From Williopsis jadinii (taxonomy: Eukaryota), in NCBI GenBank assembly GCA_024346625.1, contig AP024666.1, forward strand, positions 1 through 64,000: 64,000 nucleotides of DNA. Reading direction: 5' to 3'. This document shows positions 19,137 through 31,233 of this stretch, piece by piece (position 1 is the first letter of the stretch; every line of letters starts with the position of its first letter). The notes beneath the pieces were generated by a model. That model was given only the letters and a program-made list of their open reading frames with translations, ran no database searches and had not been told where the DNA came from. The position numbers and the translations under genes are program-made.

Positions 19137-22100
19137 ATGTTTGCCGCCCTGAACGTTAGCGAGGAAGTGACAGCGCTTGATGCAGAAGAACACACAAGGG
19201 AATTACAAGTGCGTTGTGATGGTTTGATGGCTCGAGTTGTGGCTGTTTGTGCTGATAGATACTAACATTTTTAATAGATCGAAGAAGGATTCAAGGTGTT
19301 CCAGCAAGCGTTGAAACACCAGAAGAATTGTTCATTTGATGATGCGAAAGAACTATACAAAGAGCTATTCCGTATAGATATAATCTCAAACGAGCTGGTT
19401 ACGTCCCCTTTGATTCGTACATTACGTTACCTTGCACATCGAAACCGAGGGCTGTTGTACTTTGATGAGCTGAGGAAGAAGATAGACACAATTGATCCCC
19501 TGGATGCTATAAAGATATTGGATAATTCGGTAGAGGATCTGGTAAACTCACTGGTTCATAATGATGGAGATAACAATATAATCAATCTCTTGATTGCCAT
19601 CTTCAAACTCTTTGGTAAGGAGAGACTGTCACGCTTCACTGTGGAGTACGAACTCACCAAGGAGGACAACGAGGACGTTATAATCAATGTCAATACGAGA
19701 ATGAATGCACCAGTACTAAGACCTTATCTGAACGAACTTACCTTGATCAAGGACAAATTATCATACAAATCTGAAAATGTGGAGTCCACGTTCAAGTTGC
19801 CCGATGTTAGCTTTTTGCAAAGAGTGAAGAAATACCTCGATGAGAGACAACAGGATGCTACAATTGATCGAAAGAAATGCATCGAACTCAGCGAGTTGAG
19901 TGTTAAGGAGATCTTGTCTGCTCTGTCTTTGCCCTTATCAAGGTCAAAAGCCAAGTACCAAAGGTTTATGGATGCGTATCAGCTTAGAGAGGATATAATT
20001 GTTGATTTCAAATTCGAAATACCAGAGGATATTTCCCCCAAACCCAAAGTTGAAGCTACTGAGATAAAATCTGATCATAACGTGGAAGAAGTGAAACGCC
20101 AGTGTACTGATGAAGTTCAACAAAGAGTAAGTAAGAGAACAAAAACTTCTGACGATGATCCGGTCAGTAACGATTTCCTCTCTTATGGCCAACGTTTTCT
20201 TTCTGCTGTTGGATCTTTGCTCGGACAGGACATCAGATACCCGTTGACGGGTGAACTTGCAGCTGCATCTGGCGACTTCGTGGTGCTGTTAAATAATTGG
20301 AATCAAAAATGTTCAATGTTTTTGTTGGATTCATCTCAAGATCATGATGACTTATCCATAACTGAAATCATCAATTCAAATTCCGCCAACGAGACAAAAA
20401 TAACGAATGACATTGATGAGACTTCTGCTATGAAAGGTATCAAAGAGTTTGTCGAAGATATCAACAAGACATCTTATTCGTACTCTGAAGTACGTATCAA
20501 GTTTCTTCAATTCTTTATGTCAAAATTTGACGGTGGTGGTTCGTTGATTGAGAGGTACTTTCTTGGTCCTGGATCGTACGCCATAATTGAGGGTCTGGTC
20601 ATAGCGGTTGAGGATCAACTTTTGGATATAGTACCAATGGTTTCTGTACTTGAAGTTCTGTTAGAATACCTGTTAAGGTTGAAACTAGAGTCAAAGACTA
20701 AGGGAATCAATGGGAAACAGCTTCAAGACATTGAATTTTCCATATTGCATGTGGACAAGTGCTTTTTGAAATGGCTAAAACACCTTGAAGAGGTTGAATT
20801 GGAGGATAAAGATCAGCTTCGGCTTAAATGGTGCAAACTCCTGTATATCCAACATTTGCCAAAGTTTGATCTAGAATTCCTACAGGACGAGCTTTCACTT
20901 CTTGTTGAACGTTGCGAAATAGTTTTGGATAAGGATATCATCTCCTTTGTGAATTTCAACTTTATCCCTTCGTTATCTACAAAGAGTATTAAATCCCAGA
21001 AAGACAAGATCGATCTTATTACGACTTTTGAGAAGACCTTAAACAGCAATGATGGAGACAACTCCGAAAGTGAAGAGCTCCTAGAGGCTCTTCTACTCGA
21101 TTCTTCACCAAGGGCATCTTTAGTTGCCCCACCTTCAATGAAGAAATTGGTAAATGAGAGTGGCGTTGGGCCACAACTACGACTTTGGAAAACACTTTTG
21201 AGATCATATGCCAAGCGTCTTGACTACAAAAGTTACACAACGGCACTGTTCAAACTGTTTGGGTTTTTATTGAAACGCATCTCAGGTGATTCTTACTCTT
21301 CCCTACCAGAAGTTCAAAGAACCCAAACTTTACTTACAGTTTTGGGATCCATCGCAAACTTCCTAGAAGAGCTGCTTTCAATGATGGCTGAATGCAATTG
21401 GAACAGCTCTGGGATGGATCAATCTTTAATGCCAGTGGCCATTTCCATATTCGAAATTGTATACCCATTTTGTTTGCAAGAGGTTTCCAAGACTGACACG
21501 AAACCGCGTTTTGTTTTAAAGTTGAGAGACCTTATCCTGAATGTGTTGTCCCTTATAATTCTTCTCAACAATGAAAAGGATGATACATCTATCGAAGTGT
21601 GCATCGATCTATTAAGTGTGATTCACGAAGAAATTGGACGATTAAAATTCTGTGATGCCTCTTCAGGTAAGTTCTTACAGCTATCTCAAAACATGCTAAA
21701 GACTGCAGATCCAACGAAGTTTGAATATGACATTCTACAGCATCTCAACTGTCGGTTCCATATATCTATCTCTTCAGAGAACTTCACGCCATTTGATCAT
21801 GGAACATCCGAAGTCGAGCTTGACATTACTTCTTCAATTCAGTTCAGCAATTATTTATTCAGTGTGCTTTCAAAGAAAAAGGACCCCCTTGTTTCAATTC
21901 CCAAGCCTGACCTCAAGAGCGCGCTTGACTCGTTCTATGAAGCAATCGGTGATCCAGACCTTGAAGATTCGTATATTTTCCACAATAAGTCGGTTTTAGA
22001 TCAGTTTCTTGCTCAACCTCTGGATTTACCAGTATTGAAAAGTGCATTTTGCGGGGACCTTTCTCTCGATTTCAGAAGACTAAGAGGAGAAACCCAGAAG

Positions 22101-23918
22101 ATCATAAGTCAGGGTCTATACTATCTGGAAGCTGCCGCTAATTTGAATATGTTCAAAGCGAGAAAAAAACAAGCACAGGGTAAGGCATCAGATCTCGAGA
22201 ACGTTGTAAAACAACTGACTTCGGACTTGCTTTCAGGAACAAATCGTATGGAGACATGGCTCCTGCTCGGTGAGGCGTACTCTTTACAGGTTGAAGATGA
22301 TCTTACATGGACTTCTGACAAGTTGAACTCTTTGGAAAAGAAGAATGCAGTTGCTACAACACAGAAAAAATCTATTCTCTGTTATTCTGTTGCTTTAAGT
22401 ATGTTTCTCCAACAGAATACATCTATGAATTCAACAGGCGCTAGAATCTGCAATTTGTTTTCGAAAGAACTTTATCATTCATTGATGAAACCTCTTGACA
22501 AGTACGCGTTCTTGGGCACAACAGAGAATTCACTCCTGAATATTAATGAAATTATAGCCAAGAGAACCACATTGGACAATAGGAAGGCCAATATTGTCAT
22601 CAAATTGGCTCTAAAGTTGATTAAGATGTCATTGAACTACGATCAGTCATCATGGGTAAGCTACTTCTATTTGGCAAAAGTTCTCCATAAGCTGCACCAA
22701 AACCCTCTCAAGATTATTAACGCTTCACTTAAATCATGCTCACTGAATTATGGAATCATTGATTCTGGTTATCAGCTGTGCTCTTTCATTCACAAATACT
22801 ACACAGCTGGCATGATAACTGAGAGTAAAGGTGCTGATAAGCTTAAAGAAGCCAAACTCTTTTCCGATTTACCTGCCCCGGAAACTTTGGAACATGGTTT
22901 GTCAAGTTTACTTATACTGGCACTAAGAAGGCTTATTTCATTAGATAAGAAGAAATGGCATCATAGACCTAAGTACAGGATCGCAAAGATTTATTGCGAA
23001 CTTGGAGAGTATCGGAAAGCAGCGGACGAAATGGAGACATTTGTATTACTGAAATCCATGAACAAAAGTTTGATAAACATCTGGAAAACTGATATGGAGG
23101 CACCAGGAAAGCACTTTGTCTATACATATCAGTATTGTCTGTTTTATATCAACATTTCTGGACATCTCTGTGATATAGAACGTCTCTCGTTGTTTATCAA
23201 AAAGCTGCGTCGGTTTGGTGCCAGTATTATTGATCTTCCTGATGCATGGGATAAGTCCTGTAATAAGATATGCTATCTAATGAGACAACTCCTCCATGTG
23301 GACCATGGATACACAGATGTTGAAGTTCCCAAACTACTCTACTCTGAGTTTATGGTCCGCCAACAAAAGCTTACAGACATGCTGGAAAACAACCCCCTTT
23401 CTGATACTGATATTTTCTTCATTGTCCTTCTTTATGAAATTTCTGAGGTTCGAAGAATGAACAATGGTTTTGGAGCTACTTCTCTGATTGATGATACTTT
23501 GAATGCAGTTTATCTCAAGTATTATTTACGGAAGCTGGATGACCAACCAGAGCTTCAAGTCACTGCATCTGGACCACCCGACCCTTCGGTCAAAACCAAA
23601 GTGGCTAGAAGAGATATAATCACTGCAGCCACAACGATGTTAAAGAAATTGGATACTAAAATTAAAGATTACAAGATTGCTGAAGATGGCCATTTCAAGA
23701 TTCCTGAGGACATGATCACTGAATTGAGATCGCTGGACGTTTCTCCCGTGGCTGCAGACGTCACTGCCTCACCGCGCTCTGACAAAGGCCTGACGTCTTC
23801 TCCAAACGAAAGGGTTGCACCAGCTACACCTTCAGTCGATGCTGATAATAACGTTCAAAGTGAAGAAGAAACATTCCACACACCACAAGCAACACCAAGT
23901 AAATTATTACCCAAGTAA
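19137..23918 (+). CDS. HIR3: Histone transcription regulator Hir3; exon 1 19137-19208, intron 19209-19277, exon 2 19278-23918
   Basis: Spliced N-terminus MFAALNVSEEVTALDAEEHTRELQ|IEEGFKVFQQAL resembles Hir3 (EAEEHSRELQIE). Intron signals GTGCGT..TACTAAC(19260)..TAG. C-terminal DKKKWHHRPKYRIA and PGKHFVYTYQY motifs. Confidence 0.92.
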
Positions 23919-23978
23919 AGAATAAGGATATTTTTTATTGAGTCTCGTATTGTAGATGTATATATCAAAAGGTATTTA

Positions 23979-26195
23979 TCATTTGGCGTGAGAAAGGTGT
24001 ATGTTGAAGAATTGTCTGGCCTTGACCTGTTCAGGTGTTAGTGGGACATCACCATACGTAATTGGTGCGTAGAAGATGAAGAAACCAATAAGAACCACAG
24101 AGAACACAAGGACTGCAATGTTCAAGTTTCTTCCTCTTCCAAGGAAGAACTCTGCAATCGCACCAGTTAAGAGTGCTGCCAGGAGATGAGCAGGTAGATA
24201 GTGGTGCAAGAACTTTTGTCTAGTCATTAAGAAGAAGAAGACGTAATGCGACAAGTATCCAATATACAGGAAGCCGATATCAGCTAGTCTGTTGACTTGA
24301 GCAGGAGTGAAAATTTTGATTCTTCTCTGCTCTGCAAGCTTTGCGCCAATATAAACACCTGCAAAAATGACCATTACCAAAACTTCAGTCCACCATCCGA
24401 CCAAGTTACCGATGAAATAGATTTGCAATTTCTTATCTGAATTTGTCCAGAAGCTGACTCCAGATAAGGACAGAGGCCAGCTACTTGGGTCAGATGCGAA
24501 TGGATGTTCACTACTCAACTTGTTATTGTGAGAAAACATCAGGAATTGCAACTCCCACCATTTGGTTAAGAATGGGAGTGTTTTGACACTCTTTGGCACA
24601 TAAAACTGACGAGCATCGTTGAGGCCAACAATTTCATCAAAGATCCATGAGTTCGAGCTAGCAGTCGTATCTTTGTTACCGTTAACTTCGTATTGGTTAA
24701 ATGCCCAATCTGGTAAAGTAACATCATCATGGGTCCAAAGAGCAACGTTTGTATCCTTGTGAAGAATTCTGACAACAGAGCCCTTTGTCTTGATGATACT
24801 TCTTGACTTAGCTCTATCAGCAGGCAACAATTTGAACAGAGTCTCGTTGAATCTGTTCTGCGCAACTTCTCCCTTGACAGTAGTGAACTCCTCGTTTGTT
24901 GGATACAATGGAGACGCAACGTCGTGTGCAAGCATGTACGAATCCGTGCCAACATGGTAAAGTCTCACAATATCGTCGATTCTAACAGCATGACCGAGTT
25001 TTGACTCTTCTGGGAAATCTTGTGGTGGTAAGATTATCCATTCGTTATTTGGGTCAGTGCCGTTAAACGCAGTGACCTGTTGACCCTTAGAAGAGACACG
25101 TCCATCTTCGTAACGCAGTGGGTAGAAGGCATCATGAGAGTGCAAGAGCAACTCTGTTTCCTTGTGTTTCAGAGTGATGGTGTCGTAGTAGTTAACTTGT
25201 TTGGCAGTAGCTGCCAATGGTGAATCACCAAGGGTTTCCTGGAACGTTGAACTCATAAAGGCGTCACCTGTACCTGATTTGGTCAACACGGCAAAGTGGA
25301 CGTAGAACCAGAACAAGTAGATGATGAATGGCAGCACGATCAGCCCGTAGAATCTTGCGACAAAGTGTCTAGAAACTTCCCTGACGGTCAACCCGCTCTC
25401 GATGTCGAGCAAATGCCACAAGTCAATAATCACAGCAAATCCAATAGTTAGGAAAGTGAATACACCAACATATTTGGTCGAAATGACACATGACAATGCG
25501 ACACCTGTCAATGCCAACCATTTCCACCAGGTCGTGGTGAATGCCTTTTTCAACTGTTCGTTTCTGAATCTAACGTATGCGTAGATGGAACAAGCAACGG
25601 AGAGCAACAGGGTAGCATCCAACAGAATCAATCTTGTCTCTGTCACATGTGCATTGTCAAACAACACGATAAATGAGGCCAATGAGGAGGCTGCGATTGA
25701 ATAGTCCAACTGTCTCATCGTCAAGAACAACACTGGCACGGTCAACGAGCCCTGGATGGCCTCCAGGGAACGATACGCCAAGTACGGAGCCTGGTTGGTG
25801 ATGTACGAGTCACCAATCTTGTCAAACTTGAAAGCACCGTCGTAGCCAACGAGGTACCCGACTCCTGCGATCAACAACTTCGCAAACGGAGGGTGTAGAT
25901 CAAAGAAGTAGGTGCGTTGCAGATAGTACGACGCAAACTTACCGAAGTGCACCTCGTCAAACACAACCTCGTTCGGAAACCAGATCTTGTAGAATCTCGT
26001 GAAGAACGCCAGCGCTGTTATCACAGACAATGCAATCACCTCGTGGCGTGGGTCTTCCCTCTTCAATGGCGCTTCCTCCTTGCCGCTCAACACAAATTCA
26101 ACCTCATCTTGCGCCTGGGACCGAGACTGAGGAGGCGACGACGACGATGAGCTCTTCTTGGAAGAATTGACGTTCCTCTTACGTACCGAGGACAT
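23979..26195 (-). CDS. PMT4: Dolichyl-phosphate-mannose:protein O-mannosyltransferase, PMT4 subfamily
   Basis: VVFDEVHFGKFASYYLQRTYFFDLHPPFAKL, MIR domains and RQKFLHHYLPAH. Adjacent to MGM101 as in S. cerevisiae. Confidence 0.93.
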   Translation of the reverse strand: MSSVRKRNVNSSKKSSSSSSPPQSRSQAQDEVEFVLSGKEEAPLKREDPRHEVIALSVITALAFFTRFYKIWFPNEVVFDEVHFGKFASYYLQRTYFFDLHPPFAKLLIAGVGYLVGYDGAFKFDKIGDSYITNQAPYLAYRSLEAIQGSLTVPVLFLTMRQLDYSIAASSLASFIVLFDNAHVTETRLILLDATLLLSVACSIYAYVRFRNEQLKKAFTTTWWKWLALTGVALSCVISTKYVGVFTFLTIGFAVIIDLWHLLDIESGLTVREVSRHFVARFYGLIVLPFIIYLFWFYVHFAVLTKSGTGDAFMSSTFQETLGDSPLAATAKQVNYYDTITLKHKETELLLHSHDAFYPLRYEDGRVSSKGQQVTAFNGTDPNNEWIILPPQDFPEESKLGHAVRIDDIVRLYHVGTDSYMLAHDVASPLYPTNEEFTTVKGEVAQNRFNETLFKLLPADRAKSRSIIKTKGSVVRILHKDTNVALWTHDDVTLPDWAFNQYEVNGNKDTTASSNSWIFDEIVGLNDARQFYVPKSVKTLPFLTKWWELQFLMFSHNNKLSSEHPFASDPSSWPLSLSGVSFWTNSDKKLQIYFIGNLVGWWTEVLVMVIFAGVYIGAKLAEQRRIKIFTPAQVNRLADIGFLYIGYLSHYVFFFLMTRQKFLHHYLPAHLLAALLTGAIAEFFLGRGRNLNIAVLVFSVVLIGFFIFYAPITYGDVPLTPEQVKARQFFNIHLSHAK

Positions 26196-26505
26196 GTTTC
26201 TGTCTCTGTTTGCTGTTCTGTTGCCTATTTAATACCCAGCAATGTACACCAGAGGAAGAAAACAGCGCTTTGTCGACGAAGCGCCGCGTTGAAAACACGC
26301 TCTTTGTGTACTCGTGTTCATAATCGCATCAACTGTTTTCGCCGTTAGGGGCCGCACATTCCCGCCTAGCGCGCGCGCTAGGCGGCCTCGCTCGGCGGGC
26401 CTGGCTGGCGGGCCTGGTTGGAGCTTGACGAGGTGATGGAACACATTATACGTGAACACTTGGGCAGGGTGGGTTTGGAGGCTGTGAGAGAGGAACTGGG
26501 GGACA

Positions 26506-27423
26506 ATGATATACCGACCAGTGTTGATTAGAAGCGTTGCTACGAGTGCCAGAAAGGTGGCGGCGAAGCCGACGTCCACGGTGAAGGCGGCATCGAGGAG
26601 TACGCCGTCAGCAACGGCTACCAGGACGGTGAAGGCAGCTGGCGGCACTACTGGTGCTGGTGTTGGAAGTAGAAGTGCGCCGGTTAAGGCCAAGGTTGTG
26701 GAAGAGGAGGCGAGTGTGGAAGAGGACTTGCCCTTCAATCCGCCGGAGTTCAATCTCCAGGTTGGACAGTCCCAGCGAGACTTGGATACCAAACCATCAG
26801 GTTTGAAGTCCAAGAAGCTGGATGACTTGTTCAGAGGGACGCTCCATGATAACCCTGAACACGATTCTCCGGCTGTCTCGTCTACAGCGGGTGGTGTTGA
26901 TATACCCTGGTCGACGTCGTACTATGGGCTGGGTTCCGCTCCGTTCAGTAAGGAGACCCAGGAGTTGTTATCAGAGAAGGTTGACGTTGCAGACATCGAA
27001 ATTAAGCCAGATGGTTTGATATACCTACCGGAGATCAAGTATCGTCGTATCCTCAACAGGGCGTTTGGTGCTGGTGGATGGGGGTTGGTGCCACGCTCAG
27101 AGACCTTTGTAACAGATACGCTGTTAACGAGAGAATATGGCTTGATTTGTATGGGAAGGCTGGTGAGTATCGCAAGGGGCGAACAGGATTACTTTTCACA
27201 AGATGGTATACCCACGGCGACTGAAGGCTGTAAGAGTAATGCTCTCATGAGATGTTGTAAAGACTTGGGGATTGCCAGTGAACTGTGGGATCCAAACTTC
27301 ATCAGAATGTTCAAGAAGGAATACTGCGATGAGAGGTTCGTCGAACATGTCAGTACAAAGCGTAAACGTAAGATGTGGAAACGTAAAGACCGTACGTTCG
27401 ATTATCCTTACAAAGTGTGCTAG
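26506..27423 (+). CDS. MGM101: Mitochondrial genome maintenance protein Mgm101
   Basis: [35 protein letters not shown] and [27 protein letters not shown] are Mgm101 signatures; N-terminal presequence. Confidence 0.96.
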   Translation: MIYRPVLIRSVATSARKVAAKPTSTVKAASRSTPSATATRTVKAAGGTTGAGVGSRSAPVKAKVVEEEASVEEDLPFNPPEFNLQVGQSQRDLDTKPSGLKSKKLDDLFRGTLHDNPEHDSPAVSSTAGGVDIPWSTSYYGLGSAPFSKETQELLSEKVDVADIEIKPDGLIYLPEIKYRRILNRAFGAGGWGLVPRSETFVTDTLLTREYGLICMGRLVSIARGEQDYFSQDGIPTATEGCKSNALMRCCKDLGIASELWDPNFIRMFKKEYCDERFVEHVSTKRKRKMWKRKDRTFDYPYKVC

Positions 27424-27522
27424 TTTACTTGTCCCGTGTCCTGTGTATATATAATGCTGAATGCATACGTCCATTAATCGTTTCTGAAATACATAGAGTC
27501 CATGATTGGTAAATTTCAACCA

Positions 27523-28332
27523 CTAGTACTCAGAAGCAGAACGCCTCCACTTGGAATCCACTTCGTCAAAGACGATATCACCCGATGAAATCCTTGAAGA
27601 GTGCTGTGACTGACTGCCATTGGTGTCTCCGTCACCGTTAAGCATTCCACGCAGATTCTGCCATGAAGATCTCTTACCCAAGCTGAAACCCTGACCATTG
27701 CCAACTTTCAAAGTGGAGTTACTAACACTTCTTCTTCGGCTTCTGTTGGCCTTAGCAGAATCCATATCTGCTTGTATCGACTGGTACTCTAACGGCACGA
27801 TGTTGTATGACTCTGGAGAAGAAGTATACCTCCTCGACGATGGGAAGTTGGAACCGACAACCTCATCCACAATGGCTCTTTTAACAGTGGATATGGAAAG
27901 GAACTGCGTTAAGGCATTGACACCTTCGCCGTCACAGCATAGCTTGTCCTCCATCTCGTTAAAAAACATATCGATATCGCTCTCCTTCTTCCGATACTTG
28001 GTGGTCTTGTGCAAGACTTCACTCGCAAAGGGTAAGAGTTGTGTCTCATAGAGATTGAGTAACTGCGCCAGCACCACCTGACTTTGCAGTGAGTAGAACA
28101 CGGAGAAGATACTCATAAAGTGGAAGTTGACATTGGCAAAGCTTAGCACGAACAGTATGAGCCAATAGGACACCCAAAAGACCAAGATCCTTTGTGTCCG
28201 TAGAACTGAAGACAGGTCGGAACCGTTTGAAGTTAATACCGATAGTTGCAAGGCCTTTAGCGTTAAGACAACGGGTATAGCAATCGACACACTAATCTCT
28301 GCAATTGGTATGAAATACCTGTCTAATAGCAT
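27523..28332 (-). CDS. Uncharacterised membrane protein, possibly DP1/Yop1/REEP-like (Atg40-like)
   Basis: 269-aa ORF filling the gap between MGM101 and MNL1. Hydrophobic N-terminal segments (IAIPVVLTLKAL, LVFWVSYW) and a Ser-rich disordered tail. Confidence 0.6.
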   Translation of the reverse strand: MLLDRYFIPIAEISVSIAIPVVLTLKALQLSVLTSNGSDLSSVLRTQRILVFWVSYWLILFVLSFANVNFHFMSIFSVFYSLQSQVVLAQLLNLYETQLLPFASEVLHKTTKYRKKESDIDMFFNEMEDKLCCDGEGVNALTQFLSISTVKRAIVDEVVGSNFPSSRRYTSSPESYNIVPLEYQSIQADMDSAKANRSRRRSVSNSTLKVGNGQGFSLGKRSSWQNLRGMLNGDGDTNGSQSQHSSRISSGDIVFDEVDSKWRRSASEY

Positions 28333-28559
28333 CTGTATATAGCTTCCCTACCTTTGAGCCAACGGCTTGACCTTGTAGGTATAACCAGTCCTTTATGAAA
28401 CCTCTTCACAAGAGCAATCGCACACAAAAGTTGGCTATGTAATCACGGCTTTATGGGGATTTTGCTCTGCGGCTATACCGAATGTTCCCGGCCGGCTTTA
28501 TGCACAAGATTTAACCAGGTCTACATGACGTCATACCTCTGGTGTATATTACTACGGGC

Positions 28560-30842
28560 CTATAGAACTGTTTCAATCTCGAGATTGGTTATTAAGACAT
28601 CCTTGATGGCCAGCGACTTGTCGTTTATGATCTTGACCATCCCCTTCGAGGTCTTCTCCACGGCCCTTTCTGTGAACAGGATGCGCAGTACACCTTGAGG
28701 TCCAACGTCTATGCCGTTGACCGTGCTGATTCTGAAAACGCTGTTTGCAAACAGTTCATCCTCTGGTGTACAAATGCCACCGAGGTCGTACTGTACGTGC
28801 GGGATGGCGTATTGGTTCAAGAACGTGGAATCGATCACCTCGTTCCTGGTATCGATTTGGCCATATTTCAGTAGTTCTAGCTTCAAAACCAGTCCATTTA
28901 GCGACATCACCGTGAAATCCGGGTCGGAGTATCTCAAATGGCAATTCTTTATATCACTGATTTCACCAAAGTTGAAGTTCATATACGCCGTTGTATATTC
29001 ACGGTTGCACATGGCATTTGGTGGGGCGAAGACGGAGTAGAACTCTGCCTCATCAACAACCATGGACCTATAGGAGCCGAATTGCGATTTGAATTTTGAA
29101 TCAATGACAAACGAATTTGGGTCCTCTAAAAACTGTGAAAAGAACCCATCTGTGCTGATAACTGGAGAACATTCCTCACTGGAAAATGCGTCTGTTCCTA
29201 AGACATTCTCATCTATAGGTGGTAATGAATGTGAATCGTAATCATCGAATAATCCTTTCAGAAAGCTAACAACTTTCTCGTCCCACGACAGCTCACTATC
29301 GTTAGAAGTTGTTGATTTTTCAATATTCACATCCAAATCATTCTGTTGCTTCTGTTTGAAGTGCCTGTAGCTTGACAAAACACCAGAAGGTAACCAGAAT
29401 GGATGTCCCTCTGTGGAGAAGATTATCCGTTCGTCATTGTTCAGCTCATTATCTTCATCGAAAAGCAGGTACAAATACATGAATGTCTCGCTCAAGACAA
29501 ATGATTCCATCCGATCTTGCATCTCTTTCGTTCTAATGTCTCTATATCCTGCAAACCCACAAGGTGCTTTGAATACAGTCTCATAGTCTTCCAATATCTG
29601 TTCGCCAATTCTCAAAAATACTGGATCCTTAGTTGCCCTGTACAAATAGTACGTTGATTCGATAAACTCTGGTCTCAATGGATACCACTCCAATGAAATC
29701 ACTTCCTCATCGCTGAACATCACTTGGGATTTGGCATCCAGTGCTATATAATCCCATCTCTCTGGAATACCCCCGTATTTATCCCAAAGCTTCAAAAATG
29801 GCATGTATAGAGTCATGGCATTTTCAACCTTTCCAGAAAGAACTAGTAACCCTGGGAAGAAGGCACTCAGTGCATCAACCCATGGTGTTACAATCATTGC
29901 TGTATCAGCATGTACGTTAGTCATGAACCAGCTCATCTTGGCATGTGACATCAACGCTTGGTAGGATTTCTTCCAAACAGTCATTAGTTCACTATCATCA
30001 AACAGTATGGCGCCTTTCAACGCATACTCGTAGAACGAATCGATCGAAGCACCGATACCAGTAATAGAACTTAACCATTTGCCCTTTAAGGGGTTTAAGC
30101 TCATCGGAACCAAATCAGTTGGTGACCTTGCATTCCAGATTGAAAAGTAGGCATCCCTTGATACTGTTTCAAACAAGGTATCATTGGTAAGAATTGAAAG
30201 AAGAGTGAGTTCCAGCATTGGTGACCCAGCACCGGCAGTACAGGTTTCTTCGATCAACTTCTTGGGAATTTTCTCAACACCGGTTTGCAAGTTCACTCGA
30301 GCAACGGGTATCCCGTTTGGTGATTCTGTATAGGCTCTTATGAGTCTCCTGCCGAGGTCATGTGCCTTCCTAAGAAGAAATCCATCGTAATTGGGCAGCT
30401 GGAACTTGTACTGTGCGTACAGATGAGCCGATAGCAAAGACCCTAATGCCCTAATGCTTGTCTCAAATACCTGTACTGTGGAATCTATGTTGAAGTCAAT
30501 CTCACGAATCACCTTGATGTACTGTTCAAACTTTTCGACATCACCCAGTATGGCAAATGTGGTTATCGAGTCGACAAACGTTACTGAATAGTTCCCTAGA
30601 ACATCATTTCTGTCAATATCAAAGACATCGTCACTTCTCTCGTATTTCGTACAAGATAAAGGCCGTACCTCATCTGCTGGAAACCCATGTTCCATGTACG
30701 AATCCCACCCATGGTAAAACAGCACCTTAGTCTTGTTGCGGAGATGACTCAAATGATGCTTTGTAAACGAGCCGTGAGAACTGCTGGTACACTGTACAAG
30801 ACCGAAAAACAGACAGACCCATAGTATTCGCTGAATGACCAT
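28560..30842 (-). CDS. MNL1: ER degradation-enhancing alpha-mannosidase-like protein (GH47, Mnl1/Htm1)
   Basis: Signal peptide from Met at 30842. FYHGWDSYMEHGFPADEVRPLSC, VQVFETSIR, DSFYEY, YPLRPEFIESTYYLY and DRMESFVLSET motifs. Confidence 0.93.
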   Translation of the reverse strand: MVIQRILWVCLFFGLVQCTSSSHGSFTKHHLSHLRNKTKVLFYHGWDSYMEHGFPADEVRPLSCTKYERSDDVFDIDRNDVLGNYSVTFVDSITTFAILGDVEKFEQYIKVIREIDFNIDSTVQVFETSIRALGSLLSAHLYAQYKFQLPNYDGFLLRKAHDLGRRLIRAYTESPNGIPVARVNLQTGVEKIPKKLIEETCTAGAGSPMLELTLLSILTNDTLFETVSRDAYFSIWNARSPTDLVPMSLNPLKGKWLSSITGIGASIDSFYEYALKGAILFDDSELMTVWKKSYQALMSHAKMSWFMTNVHADTAMIVTPWVDALSAFFPGLLVLSGKVENAMTLYMPFLKLWDKYGGIPERWDYIALDAKSQVMFSDEEVISLEWYPLRPEFIESTYYLYRATKDPVFLRIGEQILEDYETVFKAPCGFAGYRDIRTKEMQDRMESFVLSETFMYLYLLFDEDNELNNDERIIFSTEGHPFWLPSGVLSSYRHFKQKQQNDLDVNIEKSTTSNDSELSWDEKVVSFLKGLFDDYDSHSLPPIDENVLGTDAFSSEECSPVISTDGFFSQFLEDPNSFVIDSKFKSQFGSYRSMVVDEAEFYSVFAPPNAMCNREYTTAYMNFNFGEISDIKNCHLRYSDPDFTVMSLNGLVLKLELLKYGQIDTRNEVIDSTFLNQYAIPHVQYDLGGICTPEDELFANSVFRISTVNGIDVGPQGVLRILFTERAVEKTSKGMVKIINDKSLAIKDVLITNLEIETVL

Positions 30843-31020
30843 ACTATGTTGACACTGTCCGCTCTGCTTTGGGTCTAAGATGGATGAACACCTATGTAAA
30901 TCGAGGCTCTGTGTGTAATTATCTAAGCCCAAGAACCACGTAAGTGGTAATAGTGGTAGTGGTGGTAATTAAGAGATTACGACCTTTTGTCACGTGATAC
31001 CGCGCGCGTTCCGGGGTAAA

Positions 31021-31046
31021 TGTTTACATTTCACCCAAACCGGAAA
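31021..31046 (-). promoter_or_regulatory. Composite Mcm1-Forkhead (CLB2-cluster) element
   Basis: Minus strand reads TTTCCGGTTTGGGTGA-AAT-GTAAACA: an Mcm1 CC-N6-GG box, a 3-nt spacer and the Fkh site GTAAACA, ~190 bp upstream of the SPO12-like gene. Confidence 0.7.
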
Positions 31047-31233
31047 TATATGGATAAATAAGCCGCATAACTTGTTCTGTGTCAGCTATGTTGTCTTGTG
31101 GACAATAGTGATGATTTATAGGCGATTCCAGTACAAAACCCTTTGATTTCTATTCAAGGCTTACTCTCAAACCACTCACAGCACTTTCAAGCAACGTTAG
31201 GATAAAGTCAGATAGTGCTATAACGCTAAGCAA

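Noticed and set aside
26229..26813. 194-aa minus-strand ORF
   Set aside because: Antisense to the low-complexity N-terminus of MGM101 and its promoter; no motifs.
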